A stretch of 30,658 nucleotides of DNA. Source: a virus (lineage: Duplodnaviria > Caudoviricetes). Position 1 is the stretch's first letter, and the number at the start of each line of letters is the position of its first letter. A model generated the notes under the pieces. It ran no database searches and was not told where the DNA came from. It saw nothing but the letters and a program-made list of their open reading frames with translations. Below, piece after piece: positions 1-8,671 of this stretch. The stretch spans positions 1 through 30,658 of the IMG/VR virus record IMGVR_UViG_3300009069_000041, one strand, 5' to 3'. Both the position numbers and the translations under genes were made by a program.

Positions 1-1050
1 TCAACGGACCTGACGAGGGTTCTTTGGTACGAGTGTACTGGATGCCGCGTCAGCGATGTCGTCATAATTGAGCGCTTCCGCCGCCCCGGCGAGGTATTCC
101 GGGGAGAAGCGCGCGTAGATCGAGCGCGTCACCTTGACGTCGCTGTGCCCGAGATACGACGCGATCTCTTCCATGGGGATACCCGCTTCGGCCATGTGCA
201 CCGCTGCGGAGTGGCGCAGCATGTGCGGCGTCGCTTTCGCCAGCCCGGCGCGCTTGCCAGCTGATGCGAGACCTTTCTTGACGCTGGCGACGCGCCTGCC
301 GGCATACTCGATGACGTAGCGGGTCAGCGCGCCCGCCTGCGCCTCGCGCAGGGCGGCGCGCGCCTGCCGCGTCATGGGAACGATCGCGCGGCCCTTGTGC
401 GGGGTTCTGATTTCCGGGTCTTCGAGCATGATGCGCCCCCGCTCGAAATCGACGCGATCCCATGTCAGCCCGAGAATGGCCTGTACGCGGCCAGCGGTGG
501 CGACGCCCAGGATCGTGAACAGGCGCAGGTGGGGCGCATCGCAGGCGTCGATCAGCTTGCGGACCTGCGCGCGCGTCAGATGGCGCTCACTCGGCTTGGG
601 CTTGCCGGGTCTCTCGATGTACGGCGCGCGCTCGATATGCCCGTTCTTCTCCGCCCATAGCAGAACCATGCGCAGGTGCCCCAGCTCTGTGTGAATGGTG
701 CCGTCCTTGATACCTGCGTCGCGGCGGCGCGCGGCGTGCTGCTTGCAGTGCTCAACGGTGATGGCATGCGCGGGCAGGGGGGCGAACAGGGGCGCGAGCG
801 CTTTCCATGTATGGGGGAGGGTGGCGCTGATGGCTCGGCCCGCCATGGCGCGCGCATAGGCGCGCCATAGCGCTTCGACCGTATCGGCCTCGGGGCGCGT
901 CAGCTCGGCGTAGAGTGCTGGCGCAATCTGTCGAGCCTTGCGCGGGTCGCTGGTTCCAAGCGAGCGACGTTTCCGCTGTCCATCGGCGGCGGTGTAGATG
1001 AGGACGAGCTTTCCTCGGTGGTGTCCGATCGACCATTCGGGCTCTTGCAT
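1..1050 (-). CDS. int: Tyrosine recombinase (phage integrase)
   Basis: Catalytic motifs TAGRVQAILGL (R), HMLRH (HxxR), LGHS and SIY (Y); 349 aa. Confidence 0.95.
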   Translation of the reverse strand: MQEPEWSIGHHRGKLVLIYTAADGQRKRRSLGTSDPRKARQIAPALYAELTRPEADTVEALWRAYARAMAGRAISATLPHTWKALAPLFAPLPAHAITVEHCKQHAARRRDAGIKDGTIHTELGHLRMVLLWAEKNGHIERAPYIERPGKPKPSERHLTRAQVRKLIDACDAPHLRLFTILGVATAGRVQAILGLTWDRVDFERGRIMLEDPEIRTPHKGRAIVPMTRQARAALREAQAGALTRYVIEYAGRRVASVKKGLASAGKRAGLAKATPHMLRHSAAVHMAEAGIPMEEIASYLGHSDVKVTRSIYARFSPEYLAGAAEALNYDDIADAASSTLVPKNPRQVR

Positions 1051-1205
1051 TCGTATTCCTCAACAGCTTCGGCACTGACACGATAGAGCTTGCCAGTACG
1101 AAAGCCCCGAAGCTCTCCGCGCGCAACCAAATTCCGCACGGTCTTCTCGCTGACGCCCCATCGCTGCGCCAGCATCTGCGGCGTGAAGACGCGAGTTTCA
1201 GCCAT
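900..1205 (-). CDS. xis: Excisionase-like HTH protein
   Basis: FTPQMLAQRWGVSEKTVRNLVARGELRGFRTGKLYRV is a MerR/HTH_17-like fold; directly upstream of and overlapping int; GGAGG RBS. Confidence 0.85.
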   Translation of the reverse strand: MAETRVFTPQMLAQRWGVSEKTVRNLVARGELRGFRTGKLYRVSAEAVEEYECKSPNGRSDTTEESSSSSTPPPMDSGNVARLEPATRARLDRLRQHSTPS

Positions 1206-1208
1206 CGC

Positions 1209-1334
1209 TTACCTCCCGCCCCGCCTGAGGAAATTGATCACTGCCGCAGCGGTGAGAAACAGGAGCGTCATCGCGCCGGCATATGTCATCAGCCCGAGCG
1301 GGTGGAACATAAGCCAGAGGAACCATTCAATCAT
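1209..1334 (-). CDS. Small membrane protein (41 aa), not in the ORF track
   Basis: Hand-translated MIEWFLWLMFHPLGLMTYAGAMTLLFLTAAAVINFLRRGGR; ATGA overlap with the upstream gene; fills the gap before xis. Confidence 0.7.
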   Translation of the reverse strand: MIEWFLWLMFHPLGLMTYAGAMTLLFLTAAAVINFLRRGGR

Positions 1335-2140
1335 GTTCCGCCCTCCCCGTCGCTCCGCTCCTGGTCGATGAGTGCGAGGATGGCATAAGCTACCCTACGC
1401 GCCCCAAGCGCGGCCATCTCACATTCGGCCTCGCGCTCTTGATCTGCTACGCGGGCCGCGATGCGCAGCGCCTCCCTCAGCGCAGCCTCCCGCGCTTCAC
1501 GGCGGATCGCGGCGGGGTCGGTCTTCGCCTTGAAAAACTCCTGTTTTAGTGCGGCCTGCAATTTAGCGCCCGGCCCTAATATATACCCAGGCTCTTCGTA
1601 AGGCAGATCGTCTATCTGGTCCAACACAGCGGAAACTGCCTTCAGCCCTTCCGTTGTGATTCTATGAGTTTCTTCTTCAGCTGGGCCGCTCGTTTCGCAG
1701 TCATCCAGCAGGTAAAAAACTTGCCTGCCAAGCTCCCCAACAAGATCCAACAATGACTGTTGTTTCTCTGCGGGCTTGCTGATTGAAGCCCGGTCGGATG
1801 CGTCAACCAGCGCCGATATGATGCGGCGCTCGAAATCGGCTTGGGCGGCGGCTTTGGCATTGTTGGGATCATCGCAATCGGCAATCGTCTCTTCGATGCC
1901 AAAAGTGACCTGCCAACCGTAGCTATCGCTGCCAAAGTACATTTCGACGCTATATATGCCGAAAGGCGTAGTAGCCTCATAGCTGCCCGTAGGTTCGTGG
2001 CGTGGGTCTTCGGCGCTGCGGGCTTGTGTGATTTCCACCCACTCCAGTGCCTTCACCCCCACCCCGCCCGAGCGGTCGAGGGCGGTGGCGGCCTCTTCAA
2101 GTACAACCCAGCTCGCCTCCATTATCGGATGATCGCTCAT
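1331..2140 (-). CDS. Hypothetical mosaic phage protein
   Basis: 269 aa; ATGA overlaps at both ends; internal segment of visibly lower GC. Confidence 0.75.
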   Translation of the reverse strand: MSDHPIMEASWVVLEEAATALDRSGGVGVKALEWVEITQARSAEDPRHEPTGSYEATTPFGIYSVEMYFGSDSYGWQVTFGIEETIADCDDPNNAKAAAQADFERRIISALVDASDRASISKPAEKQQSLLDLVGELGRQVFYLLDDCETSGPAEEETHRITTEGLKAVSAVLDQIDDLPYEEPGYILGPGAKLQAALKQEFFKAKTDPAAIRREAREAALREALRIAARVADQEREAECEMAALGARRVAYAILALIDQERSDGEGGT

Positions 2141-2343
2141 CGCGTCTGCTCCTTCGTCTTCTGCTTCGCGGCCTCGACCTCGGCTACAAGCCGGTCCCGG
2201 TAGCGGACCAGCGCGGCCATGACGGACGGTTCGAGGGAGACGACGTAGTTTTCGTGGTGACTGACGGCCAGCCAGATCTGGTAGCCGTCGAAGGACGCAT
2301 AGACCCCGTCTCCGAGGTATTCGCGCCGGTCGTGCTGCGGCAT
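2137..2343 (-). CDS. Hypothetical phage protein (68 aa, YLGDGVYASFDGYQIWL)
   Basis: Start reassigned to MPQH after GGGAG; coupled to the next gene. Confidence 0.75.
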   Translation of the reverse strand: MPQHDRREYLGDGVYASFDGYQIWLAVSHHENYVVSLEPSVMAALVRYRDRLVAEVEAAKQKTKEQTR

Positions 2344-2357
2344 TTCCCGTCTCCCGA

Positions 2358-3287
2358 TCAGCTTGTCATGGCCATGCCGGCCACCTTGCCCTTCGCGATG
2401 GCCAGAACGACCATGCGCGCGACGCTCTCGCTCAATCCGCACTCGCGCATCAGGTCGCGCTTGGCGGCAGCCAGCGCCTCCTGGGCGGCGGATGCTGGCG
2501 CGGGAGCGCTTGCTTGCGGGGCAGCTGGGGCGGGCGCTGGCTCGTCAGCCAGCGCTGCCCGCTGCGCCTCGAAGCGCTGGCGATCAGCTGCGGCTTGCTC
2601 CTGACGCGCGCGCTCATCTTCTTGGCGCTGGCGCTCGGCTTCTGCGCGCTCGCGCTCTGCCTTCTCCTTGCGCAGCTGCTCGAGCTCTCTGCGCTCGGCC
2701 TCGACGCGCTCCGCATCCGCCTTGGCCTGCCGCAAGCGCTCAAGCGCAGCGCCGCGCTCTTTTTCCAGCACAAGCGCCTGCGGCCCGATCTCGCTGCGGT
2801 CGATGACGATTTCCTCGATGTCACCGATCAGGTGATCGATATGCCCGATGCTGGCCCCGGCGTGCAGCCTGCTGCGTTCATCGATCCGGATGCGGATATC
2901 GTTGATCCGCTGCTTTTTCTTTTCCTCGCGCTGCTCCCACACCGTCAGCGGCTCGCGCGCCTTGTCGCGCAGGTCGTCAAGCGTCATGCGCACCTTGCGG
3001 CGCACGGCATCGACCGCATCGATCTCCTTGCGCTTTCCCTCGTTCAGCGCCTTGCCGGCGCCGTCGATGGCCGTCTTGCGCTTGACGATCAGGGCTGCGC
3101 GGCTGGCGATGGCCTTTCGGCCCTTGTCCGTATCGAGGTCGATTTCCGCACCAGCGATCCACTCGTTGATCTCGTCAACCAGCCTGTCGAAAGCGGTCTC
3201 GTCGCGGAAGATCAGCGCAGGCTCCTGCTCGATCATCTCCATGTAGCTGTAGCTGTTGTGACCTATGGTCGGTGCTTGATCATTCAT
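2358..3287 (-). CDS. Coiled-coil phage protein (309 aa; often loosely labelled TolA-like)
   Basis: Start MNDQ at 3287 with GAGG RBS; DLDTDKGRKAIASRA motif, then an E/R/A-rich coiled coil. Confidence 0.8.
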   Translation of the reverse strand: MNDQAPTIGHNSYSYMEMIEQEPALIFRDETAFDRLVDEINEWIAGAEIDLDTDKGRKAIASRAALIVKRKTAIDGAGKALNEGKRKEIDAVDAVRRKVRMTLDDLRDKAREPLTVWEQREEKKKQRINDIRIRIDERSRLHAGASIGHIDHLIGDIEEIVIDRSEIGPQALVLEKERGAALERLRQAKADAERVEAERRELEQLRKEKAERERAEAERQRQEDERARQEQAAADRQRFEAQRAALADEPAPAPAAPQASAPAPASAAQEALAAAKRDLMRECGLSESVARMVVLAIAKGKVAGMAMTS

Positions 3288-3451
3288 CACTTTTTCCTCT
3301 TGCGATCCGTTCCTGCCGCCTGCCAGACGCGCGCAATGAAGATGCGCCAGCGCTTTTCCCGGTCTTTCATCGGTATGCGGGCGAAGTGCTGGCCCAGCTG
3401 GTTCGCCATCTCGTCCAGCTGGGCCTGTGTCAGGCCTTGCTGCTCGCTCAT
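3287..3451 (-). CDS. Hypothetical protein (54 aa)
   Basis: MSEQQGLTQAQLDEM...; start/stop overlaps with both neighbours. Confidence 0.65.
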   Translation of the reverse strand: MSEQQGLTQAQLDEMANQLGQHFARIPMKDREKRWRIFIARVWQAAGTDRKRKK

Positions 3452-3834
3452 GCGGCGTCGGCTGGCGCGTCCTGCTCCCGGCAGGCTCTCTCGATGGCGC
3501 GCAGCACCTCGACGGCCATATGCCGCCCGTGCGGCGGCATGGCCGCGAGGGACTTCGCGCACTGCGCCAGCGCGGTGCTGTCTGCCTTGTTGGCCTGCTC
3601 GACCTCGCCATCCTCGAAGAACGACGCGATCGGCATGCGCGTGGCCTTGGCGATGCCGTGCAGCCGCCCCACGGAGATGCGGTCAAAGCCGCTCTCGTAC
3701 TTCTGCACCTGCTGGTAGGTGACGCCAATTGCTTGAGCGAGTGCGGTTTGCGACAGGCCGGCCTGCTTGCGGTAGAGCTTGATCTTGAGCCCGACACTGC
3801 GGTCGACCGGGGTGACGTCTCGTACTTTCGCCAT
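3448..3834 (-). CDS. XRE-family HTH transcriptional regulator (128 aa)
   Basis: RKQAGLSQTALAQAIGVTYQQVQKYESGFDRIS; AAGGA RBS before MAKVRD. Confidence 0.9.
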   Translation of the reverse strand: MAKVRDVTPVDRSVGLKIKLYRKQAGLSQTALAQAIGVTYQQVQKYESGFDRISVGRLHGIAKATRMPIASFFEDGEVEQANKADSTALAQCAKSLAAMPPHGRHMAVEVLRAIERACREQDAPADAA

Positions 3835-3838
3835 GGAA

Positions 3839-5620
3839 TTATCCTTCCTTTTCGGCTGATTGGCGGTACTGCGGCGGGAGCCAGCCCGTCGCTTCGACGA
3901 TGACGAAGACGACATTGACCAGCGCATCCTTCTTTGCGCTGGCGTAGCCGTTATTCTTGATCAGGGTTTCGATGTGCTCCGGCTCGCCGCGACCCGACCA
4001 GCCAATGCTCTCGATGCGAGTGCCGCTGCCCATGGCCAGCGCCTCGCGCATGACGGCCAGCAGGCGCGCCTTGGTGCAGCCTTGCAGGTACTCCTGCATC
4101 GGCATCAGCTCGCGCAGCTCGGCAACCAGCTCGTCATGAGGCAGAACGTCGATCAGGTGCTGAATGTACGAGCGGCGCACGTTCTCGCGATGCTGCGCGC
4201 CATCGGAGACGTCGATCGACGCGGCGGCGCAGATGGCCAGCTCCTTTGCGGTGTCCTGCGCGTCAAGGCCCGCGAACTGCGCATAGCTCTCGGTAAACAA
4301 TCCGCCCGGGATTTCAGGCTTGCCTTCAACGTCGATGGCCTGATGGCCATCAAGGCGGATGCGCAGCGGCGAGCCGTAGCGCGTGTGCAGCGCGGCCAGC
4401 ATCAGGTGCATCGCCAGGGTCGGATGGCGCGCGATGACGCGCGCCATCGCGACTGAGAGCGCGTCGTGCATCGTCGCGGAAAGCGCAGCGCTGATCGTCT
4501 CGCCGGGTTCAGGTTCGCTGGTCTCCGGCTCGGCCGGGCGTGCTGGCGGGTCGTTCAGCGCCGTATCGTCAGGATCCGGCGCGTCATCCGCTGCCGCATC
4601 AGGTGGCGTCACAAGACTGATCGAGAAGCCATATGTGCGCACGTCGACAAGGACGTGCAGGTGCGGGAGGTCCGCAATTCCGGCCAGCGCATCCCTGATG
4701 CCCTCTGCGATCCGCTCGAAATCGGCAAAGCCTGCTGGCGGCTCATGATCCGGCAGATCGGGCGCTGGCTGCTGGCGCAGATACCAGCCGTCATCGGCTT
4801 CAAAGCGGTCCATGGTTTTCGCTGCGCCGGCCTGCGCGATGATGGCGATCAGCTGCTGCTCCTTGGCGGTGCGCAGTCCGTGAAGGATCGAGCGATCAAG
4901 TATGATCGGATCGTCGCTGAACAGGTCTTCGTGTACGCGCCCGCCTGCCTCGATGTACTCGTCCAGGCTGACAAGCGCGAAGCTCGGATCGGTGGTCGTG
5001 GTTGTATCCTCCGCGACCAGCTTTCGGCGGATCGCGTAGCGGTGAAGCATGCCCGCTTTGCGCAGCGCCTTGAAGGCCTCGAGCTGCGCCTTCTGATCGC
5101 TGGTCAAGGTGAACTGACGCACGGCGTCGGCTTCGATGTTCCCTTCGCGGAAGGCGTCGAGAATGGTCGGGTGAATGCTGCCCAGCGCCATGACCTGACG
5201 CGCGGTGCGTACCGGCATGCCAAAGCGTTCAGCGACCTCGTTGGCCTCAAGCCCCAGCTCGGCAAAGGCGCGATACTGGTCGACGGGGTGAAGCTGCTGG
5301 CGATGGAAATTCTCGACCAGCGACAGCTTCTTGGCCTCGTCGTACTCAACGACGATGCAGCTGATCTCGTCGTCCTCGCTCATATGCCCGCGCTCGGCAA
5401 GCAGGCGCAGGGCCGCGAGGCGGCGGTTTCCCGCTGCGACCAGCTTCTTGCCGGCGCGCTTTGTGACGACAAGGGGGTATAGCAGCCCCTCGGCGGCGAT
5501 GTTGTCGGCAAGGGCTTCGACTTCGGCTTCACGATCGCTGCGACGGCTGTTGATGCTGTCTTTGCGCGCATGGCCGAATTCGAGGTCGCCAAGCCGGATG
5601 GTGGCGGTTTCTCTGTTCAT
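3839..5620 (-). CDS. ParB/RepB/Spo0J-family protein (593 aa, plasmid/ICE type)
   Basis: GLLYPLVV, AAGNRRLAAL (GxRR box), SLVENFHRQQLHPVDQYRAF, then an HTH; start MNRET with GGAG RBS and ATGA overlap. Confidence 0.88.
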   Translation of the reverse strand: MNRETATIRLGDLEFGHARKDSINSRRSDREAEVEALADNIAAEGLLYPLVVTKRAGKKLVAAGNRRLAALRLLAERGHMSEDDEISCIVVEYDEAKKLSLVENFHRQQLHPVDQYRAFAELGLEANEVAERFGMPVRTARQVMALGSIHPTILDAFREGNIEADAVRQFTLTSDQKAQLEAFKALRKAGMLHRYAIRRKLVAEDTTTTTDPSFALVSLDEYIEAGGRVHEDLFSDDPIILDRSILHGLRTAKEQQLIAIIAQAGAAKTMDRFEADDGWYLRQQPAPDLPDHEPPAGFADFERIAEGIRDALAGIADLPHLHVLVDVRTYGFSISLVTPPDAAADDAPDPDDTALNDPPARPAEPETSEPEPGETISAALSATMHDALSVAMARVIARHPTLAMHLMLAALHTRYGSPLRIRLDGHQAIDVEGKPEIPGGLFTESYAQFAGLDAQDTAKELAICAAASIDVSDGAQHRENVRRSYIQHLIDVLPHDELVAELRELMPMQEYLQGCTKARLLAVMREALAMGSGTRIESIGWSGRGEPEHIETLIKNNGYASAKKDALVNVVFVIVEATGWLPPQYRQSAEKEG

Positions 5621-6027
5621 GTCTGGTTCTCCGGTCCGTAGACTTTGTAGGCCTGGTTGATCAGGTCGCGGTCGGCGGGGGTGATCCCCCCGACGCCGAT
5701 GCGCTCGTAGCGTGCGAGCGCGGCGCGCAGGGTGCGCATGACGGTCGAGTGCAGTTTCCCGCTTACTGTGGGGCTTGTGCACAGCCAGATCAGCTTTGCG
5801 GGCACGCTCATGGGGCGCGGAGCGTAATCTGGCTGGTGCTGGCCCGCGCTGGGTGTTGGCGCGCATGTTTCCGCTGGGGCCAGCGCGCGCGCCAAGTCAT
5901 GCAGGTCGTAGCCCGATGATTGCAGCACCCTGCGCATGACCGTCACAGTGGCGACGATCTCCCCGTCATAGTCGCTCGCCAGCTTTGTGAGCAGGCGAGC
6001 TACGCGCTGGCGAGCGACGGTATCCAT
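5617..6027 (-). CDS. Hypothetical phage protein
   Basis: 136 aa, in operon, GGAG RBS, LASDYDGEIVA motif. Confidence 0.75.
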   Translation of the reverse strand: MDTVARQRVARLLTKLASDYDGEIVATVTVMRRVLQSSGYDLHDLARALAPAETCAPTPSAGQHQPDYAPRPMSVPAKLIWLCTSPTVSGKLHSTVMRTLRAALARYERIGVGGITPADRDLINQAYKVYGPENQT

Positions 6028-6032
6028 GGCGC

Positions 6033-7208
6033 TTACTCCGCCGCCTGGAGTTCGGCTTTCGCCTCATCGAAGCCGGTACGCCATGCGCCGGCTTCCTCGG
6101 CCCGTCCCTCGTCGCGGTACTCGCCGGGCAGGGCGCGCGCGGTCATGCCTTTCGATGCCGCCTCCCTGCCGCGCTGATACGCGATCGCCATCGGGTCATC
6201 AGTGGCGGGCGGGGCCGCATCCCCGCCCGCCTCGGCTGCGCTGCCCTTGGCCTCGTCGCCGCCTTCCTGCGACGGGCCATTCGCAGCCGTCTGCTGCTCC
6301 GCGCCCTGCTCGGGCGCGGGCGTCTCCTGCTGTGCCCGCTTCTCCTGCGCGGGCTGCTCTGCTGGCGGCGTATCGTCCAGCGGGTTCTCGACCTTGTCGT
6401 AGACCTTGCCCGCAGCCGTCGCGCGCGGGGAGAACAGGCTCTCGACGGTTTCCTCGCCGTTCTTGATGGCCTGATACATGCCGTAGAGATCGGGCAAGTG
6501 CTCAAGCGTGACCTCTTCCTCGCCAGCGACGCCGAGAACCGCAAAGAGCTGCTGGGGCGTGACACCGTATTGCGCAAACGCCTTGATGGCGCGGTCGCGC
6601 CGCTCGGAGAGCGTCTTGATGTCCCCCTTGATCACCTTCTCGCAGGCCTCGTATGCGCTGCGCCAGACCGCTTTCGGGATGCCAGCAAAGATCGCGTTCC
6701 TGCGCGCGATCGAGCACGCCGCGTTGCCGGTCATGATGATCATGTCGTCGTTATACAGACGCCCCTTGCTGTCCACGATGCGGCGCTGAACCGTGGCCTT
6801 GACCGCCGCGTTCGTCTCGAGATCGTGAAACACGCCCTCCGCGATGACGACCTTGTTTTCCTTGTCGACCTGGATGATCCGCGCCGCGCAGCGGTTGTTC
6901 CCCCATTGCTGCTGCACGATTTCCGCCAGCCGGATCGACGGGCCACGGATCGGCTTCTTGCCACGCGGCAGGGCGTAGATCGCCTCCTGCGCCGCTTCTT
7001 CATCAAGCGTCGAGAGGCTGATGATGTTGTCGCGCGCCCGCTTGACCGAGCGCGGGTACTGGCGCGCGGTCGCGACCTGCTGGCTGATCTCCGCGCGCAT
7101 CATCTCCGAGACGAGCTTGCTGTCTTGGAGCAGGGACAGGTCAGTGACCTGATGTACCTCGCCGTCTTCATCGACGCCGGGAGGTAGGACTTCGGCTACG
7201 TTGTCCAT
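6033..7208 (-). CDS. Conserved phage protein, putative recombination/ssDNA-annealing partner of the exonuclease
   Basis: 391 aa; ARQYPR...YALPRG...GPSIRLAE...WGN motif; adjacent to the RecE-like nuclease. Function inferred from position only. Confidence 0.6.
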   Translation of the reverse strand: MDNVAEVLPPGVDEDGEVHQVTDLSLLQDSKLVSEMMRAEISQQVATARQYPRSVKRARDNIISLSTLDEEAAQEAIYALPRGKKPIRGPSIRLAEIVQQQWGNNRCAARIIQVDKENKVVIAEGVFHDLETNAAVKATVQRRIVDSKGRLYNDDMIIMTGNAACSIARRNAIFAGIPKAVWRSAYEACEKVIKGDIKTLSERRDRAIKAFAQYGVTPQQLFAVLGVAGEEEVTLEHLPDLYGMYQAIKNGEETVESLFSPRATAAGKVYDKVENPLDDTPPAEQPAQEKRAQQETPAPEQGAEQQTAANGPSQEGGDEAKGSAAEAGGDAAPPATDDPMAIAYQRGREAASKGMTARALPGEYRDEGRAEEAGAWRTGFDEAKAELQAAE

Positions 7209-7237
7209 CGAGTGTTCTCCGTGCGCTCCCGTGGTGA

Positions 7238-7274
7238 CGGCGCGCGCGGGCGGAGCGCTGCTCCGCGCGCGCCG
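7238..7274. repeat. 12-bp perfect inverted repeat (intergenic hairpin)
   Basis: CGGCGCGCGCGG (7238-7249) / CCGCGCGCGCCG (7263-7274). Confidence 0.7.
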
Positions 7275-7340
7275 GGTGTCAGCTTGCGAGCCTTGTCTCG
7301 GCCCGTTCTTTGAGGCTGGCTTCGGGATGTGGGTTGGCGC

Positions 7341-8306
7341 TCATCGGAACCACCATGCCGGCATGTCGTTCACGTCGAGCTCTGCCAGTGGCGCGGCGTT
7401 GACCCACGGCTCGCCCGGCGCAAAGCGCTCCGAGCAGGCGCGGAAGGCGTCTTCGGCCATGCGCAGCTCGCGCTTGGCCACGTCGAAGATCGGATTGTCG
7501 GGGTAGGTCAGGTACGTCCCCCATGTGACCGGGGCGCCGGAGGCCTGCCAGAACACGAAGGTGAACGCGAAAGGCTCGTTGTAGGCCACGCCGGCGAGCC
7601 AATCGTGATCGACTTGCGGGTGGTCATCAGCGACATGCACGCTCGACAGCAGGTGGCGCATCGAGGCGCGCCCCTCGCAATAGTGCGCCGCCTGCATCAG
7701 GTAGCCGCGGTTCCCGAGCGCGTTGATGCAGGTGCGCGCGAACTCGATGCCAAGCGTGTTCGTGATCGACTTGAGATCGACTGTCGAGCGCAGCTTCAAA
7801 TAGTCGAAGCGCGCCTTCTTGCGAATGCCGTCATCGGTCCAGAACACGCTGACCTCGGAGTAGCCGCCGCTGAAAGCGTTCGCCAGCTCGGGGTTGGCGC
7901 GGATCATGGTGCCGGCCTGCATGATGCGATCGTAATCCACGCGCATCAGCGGCGTCATGCCAGCCTCCGCGATGACGAGACGCTCTTCCTTGCCGGCTTT
8001 CAGGTTGGCCCCGTAATCGCAGGGCGCGTACTCGCTCTCGAATGCGGCGCGCCCTTCGAGCACGAACTTGTGGACCGCCTTGCCCTTGATCAGCGCCGGG
8101 CTCTTGGCGCTGTCATCGCCCGGATCGTGCATCGGGTTGTAGGCGCTCTCGAACCAGTAATCGGCCGGCTCGTAGCGCAGCTTTTTCATGTCGGTCGATC
8201 CGAGCGCGGGATCGGCGTGATACGCATCCTCGTTCAGTCCGAAGTAGATGCCATCCTTGTGCATCGGCACCTTTGGCTTTGTCTCGTCGGGCACTACAGC
8301 GTCCAT
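7341..8306 (-). CDS. PD-(D/E)XK exonuclease, RecE/ExoVIII-like (DUF3799 type)
   Basis: YHADPALGST, GKAVHKFVLE, KARFD...VDLKS, YLMQAAHY. Confidence 0.87.
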   Translation of the reverse strand: MDAVVPDETKPKVPMHKDGIYFGLNEDAYHADPALGSTDMKKLRYEPADYWFESAYNPMHDPGDDSAKSPALIKGKAVHKFVLEGRAAFESEYAPCDYGANLKAGKEERLVIAEAGMTPLMRVDYDRIMQAGTMIRANPELANAFSGGYSEVSVFWTDDGIRKKARFDYLKLRSTVDLKSITNTLGIEFARTCINALGNRGYLMQAAHYCEGRASMRHLLSSVHVADDHPQVDHDWLAGVAYNEPFAFTFVFWQASGAPVTWGTYLTYPDNPIFDVAKRELRMAEDAFRACSERFAPGEPWVNAAPLAELDVNDMPAWWFR

Positions 8307-8308
8307 AA

Positions 8309-8629
8309 TCAGACCCCTTTCGTTTCGATCAGTGCTGCGATGGCTTCCATTTGCACGGCCAGCTGCGGGCGCTCTTCCCCCAAGGCGCGCAGGCCAGCGA
8401 CAATGCGTGCTCGCTCGTCGTTGCGGACCCCGACCTCGAAGCTGCGGAGCAGCTGGTCGGCGGTATCGAGGCGGCGCTCTGCCTGGCGCTCGCCAGTGAT
8501 GTATTGATCCAGTCGAACGATGCTCATTTCCCCCCCTCGGTTGATCTCGCTGGTGAGCGCGAGCACAAGCACCACGCCGACGATGACGCCGACGAAAATG
8601 GCCACCAGTGCGAGTGCCGCGTATGTCAT
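8309..8629 (-). CDS. Hypothetical protein with N-terminal TM helix; possible internal start at 8527
   Basis: Hydrophobic residues 3-25; internal GAGGGGGGAA-ATG before MSIVRL. Confidence 0.65.
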   Translation of the reverse strand: MTYAALALVAIFVGVIVGVVLVLALTSEINRGGEMSIVRLDQYITGERQAERRLDTADQLLRSFEVGVRNDERARIVAGLRALGEERPQLAVQMEAIAALIETKGV

Positions 8630-8671
8630 GGGAAGATGGACGGGGCGGAGCGCGAGCCCCGCCCCTGCGCC

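Noticed and set aside
1-60. att site or tRNA remnant
   Set aside because: The window starts at the int stop codon; no flanking sequence or second copy to compare
2358-5866. Long N-terminal extensions in the ORF track (479-aa and 675-aa versions)
   Set aside because: They overlap real upstream genes; internal starts at 3287 and 5620 have RBSs and stop/start overlaps
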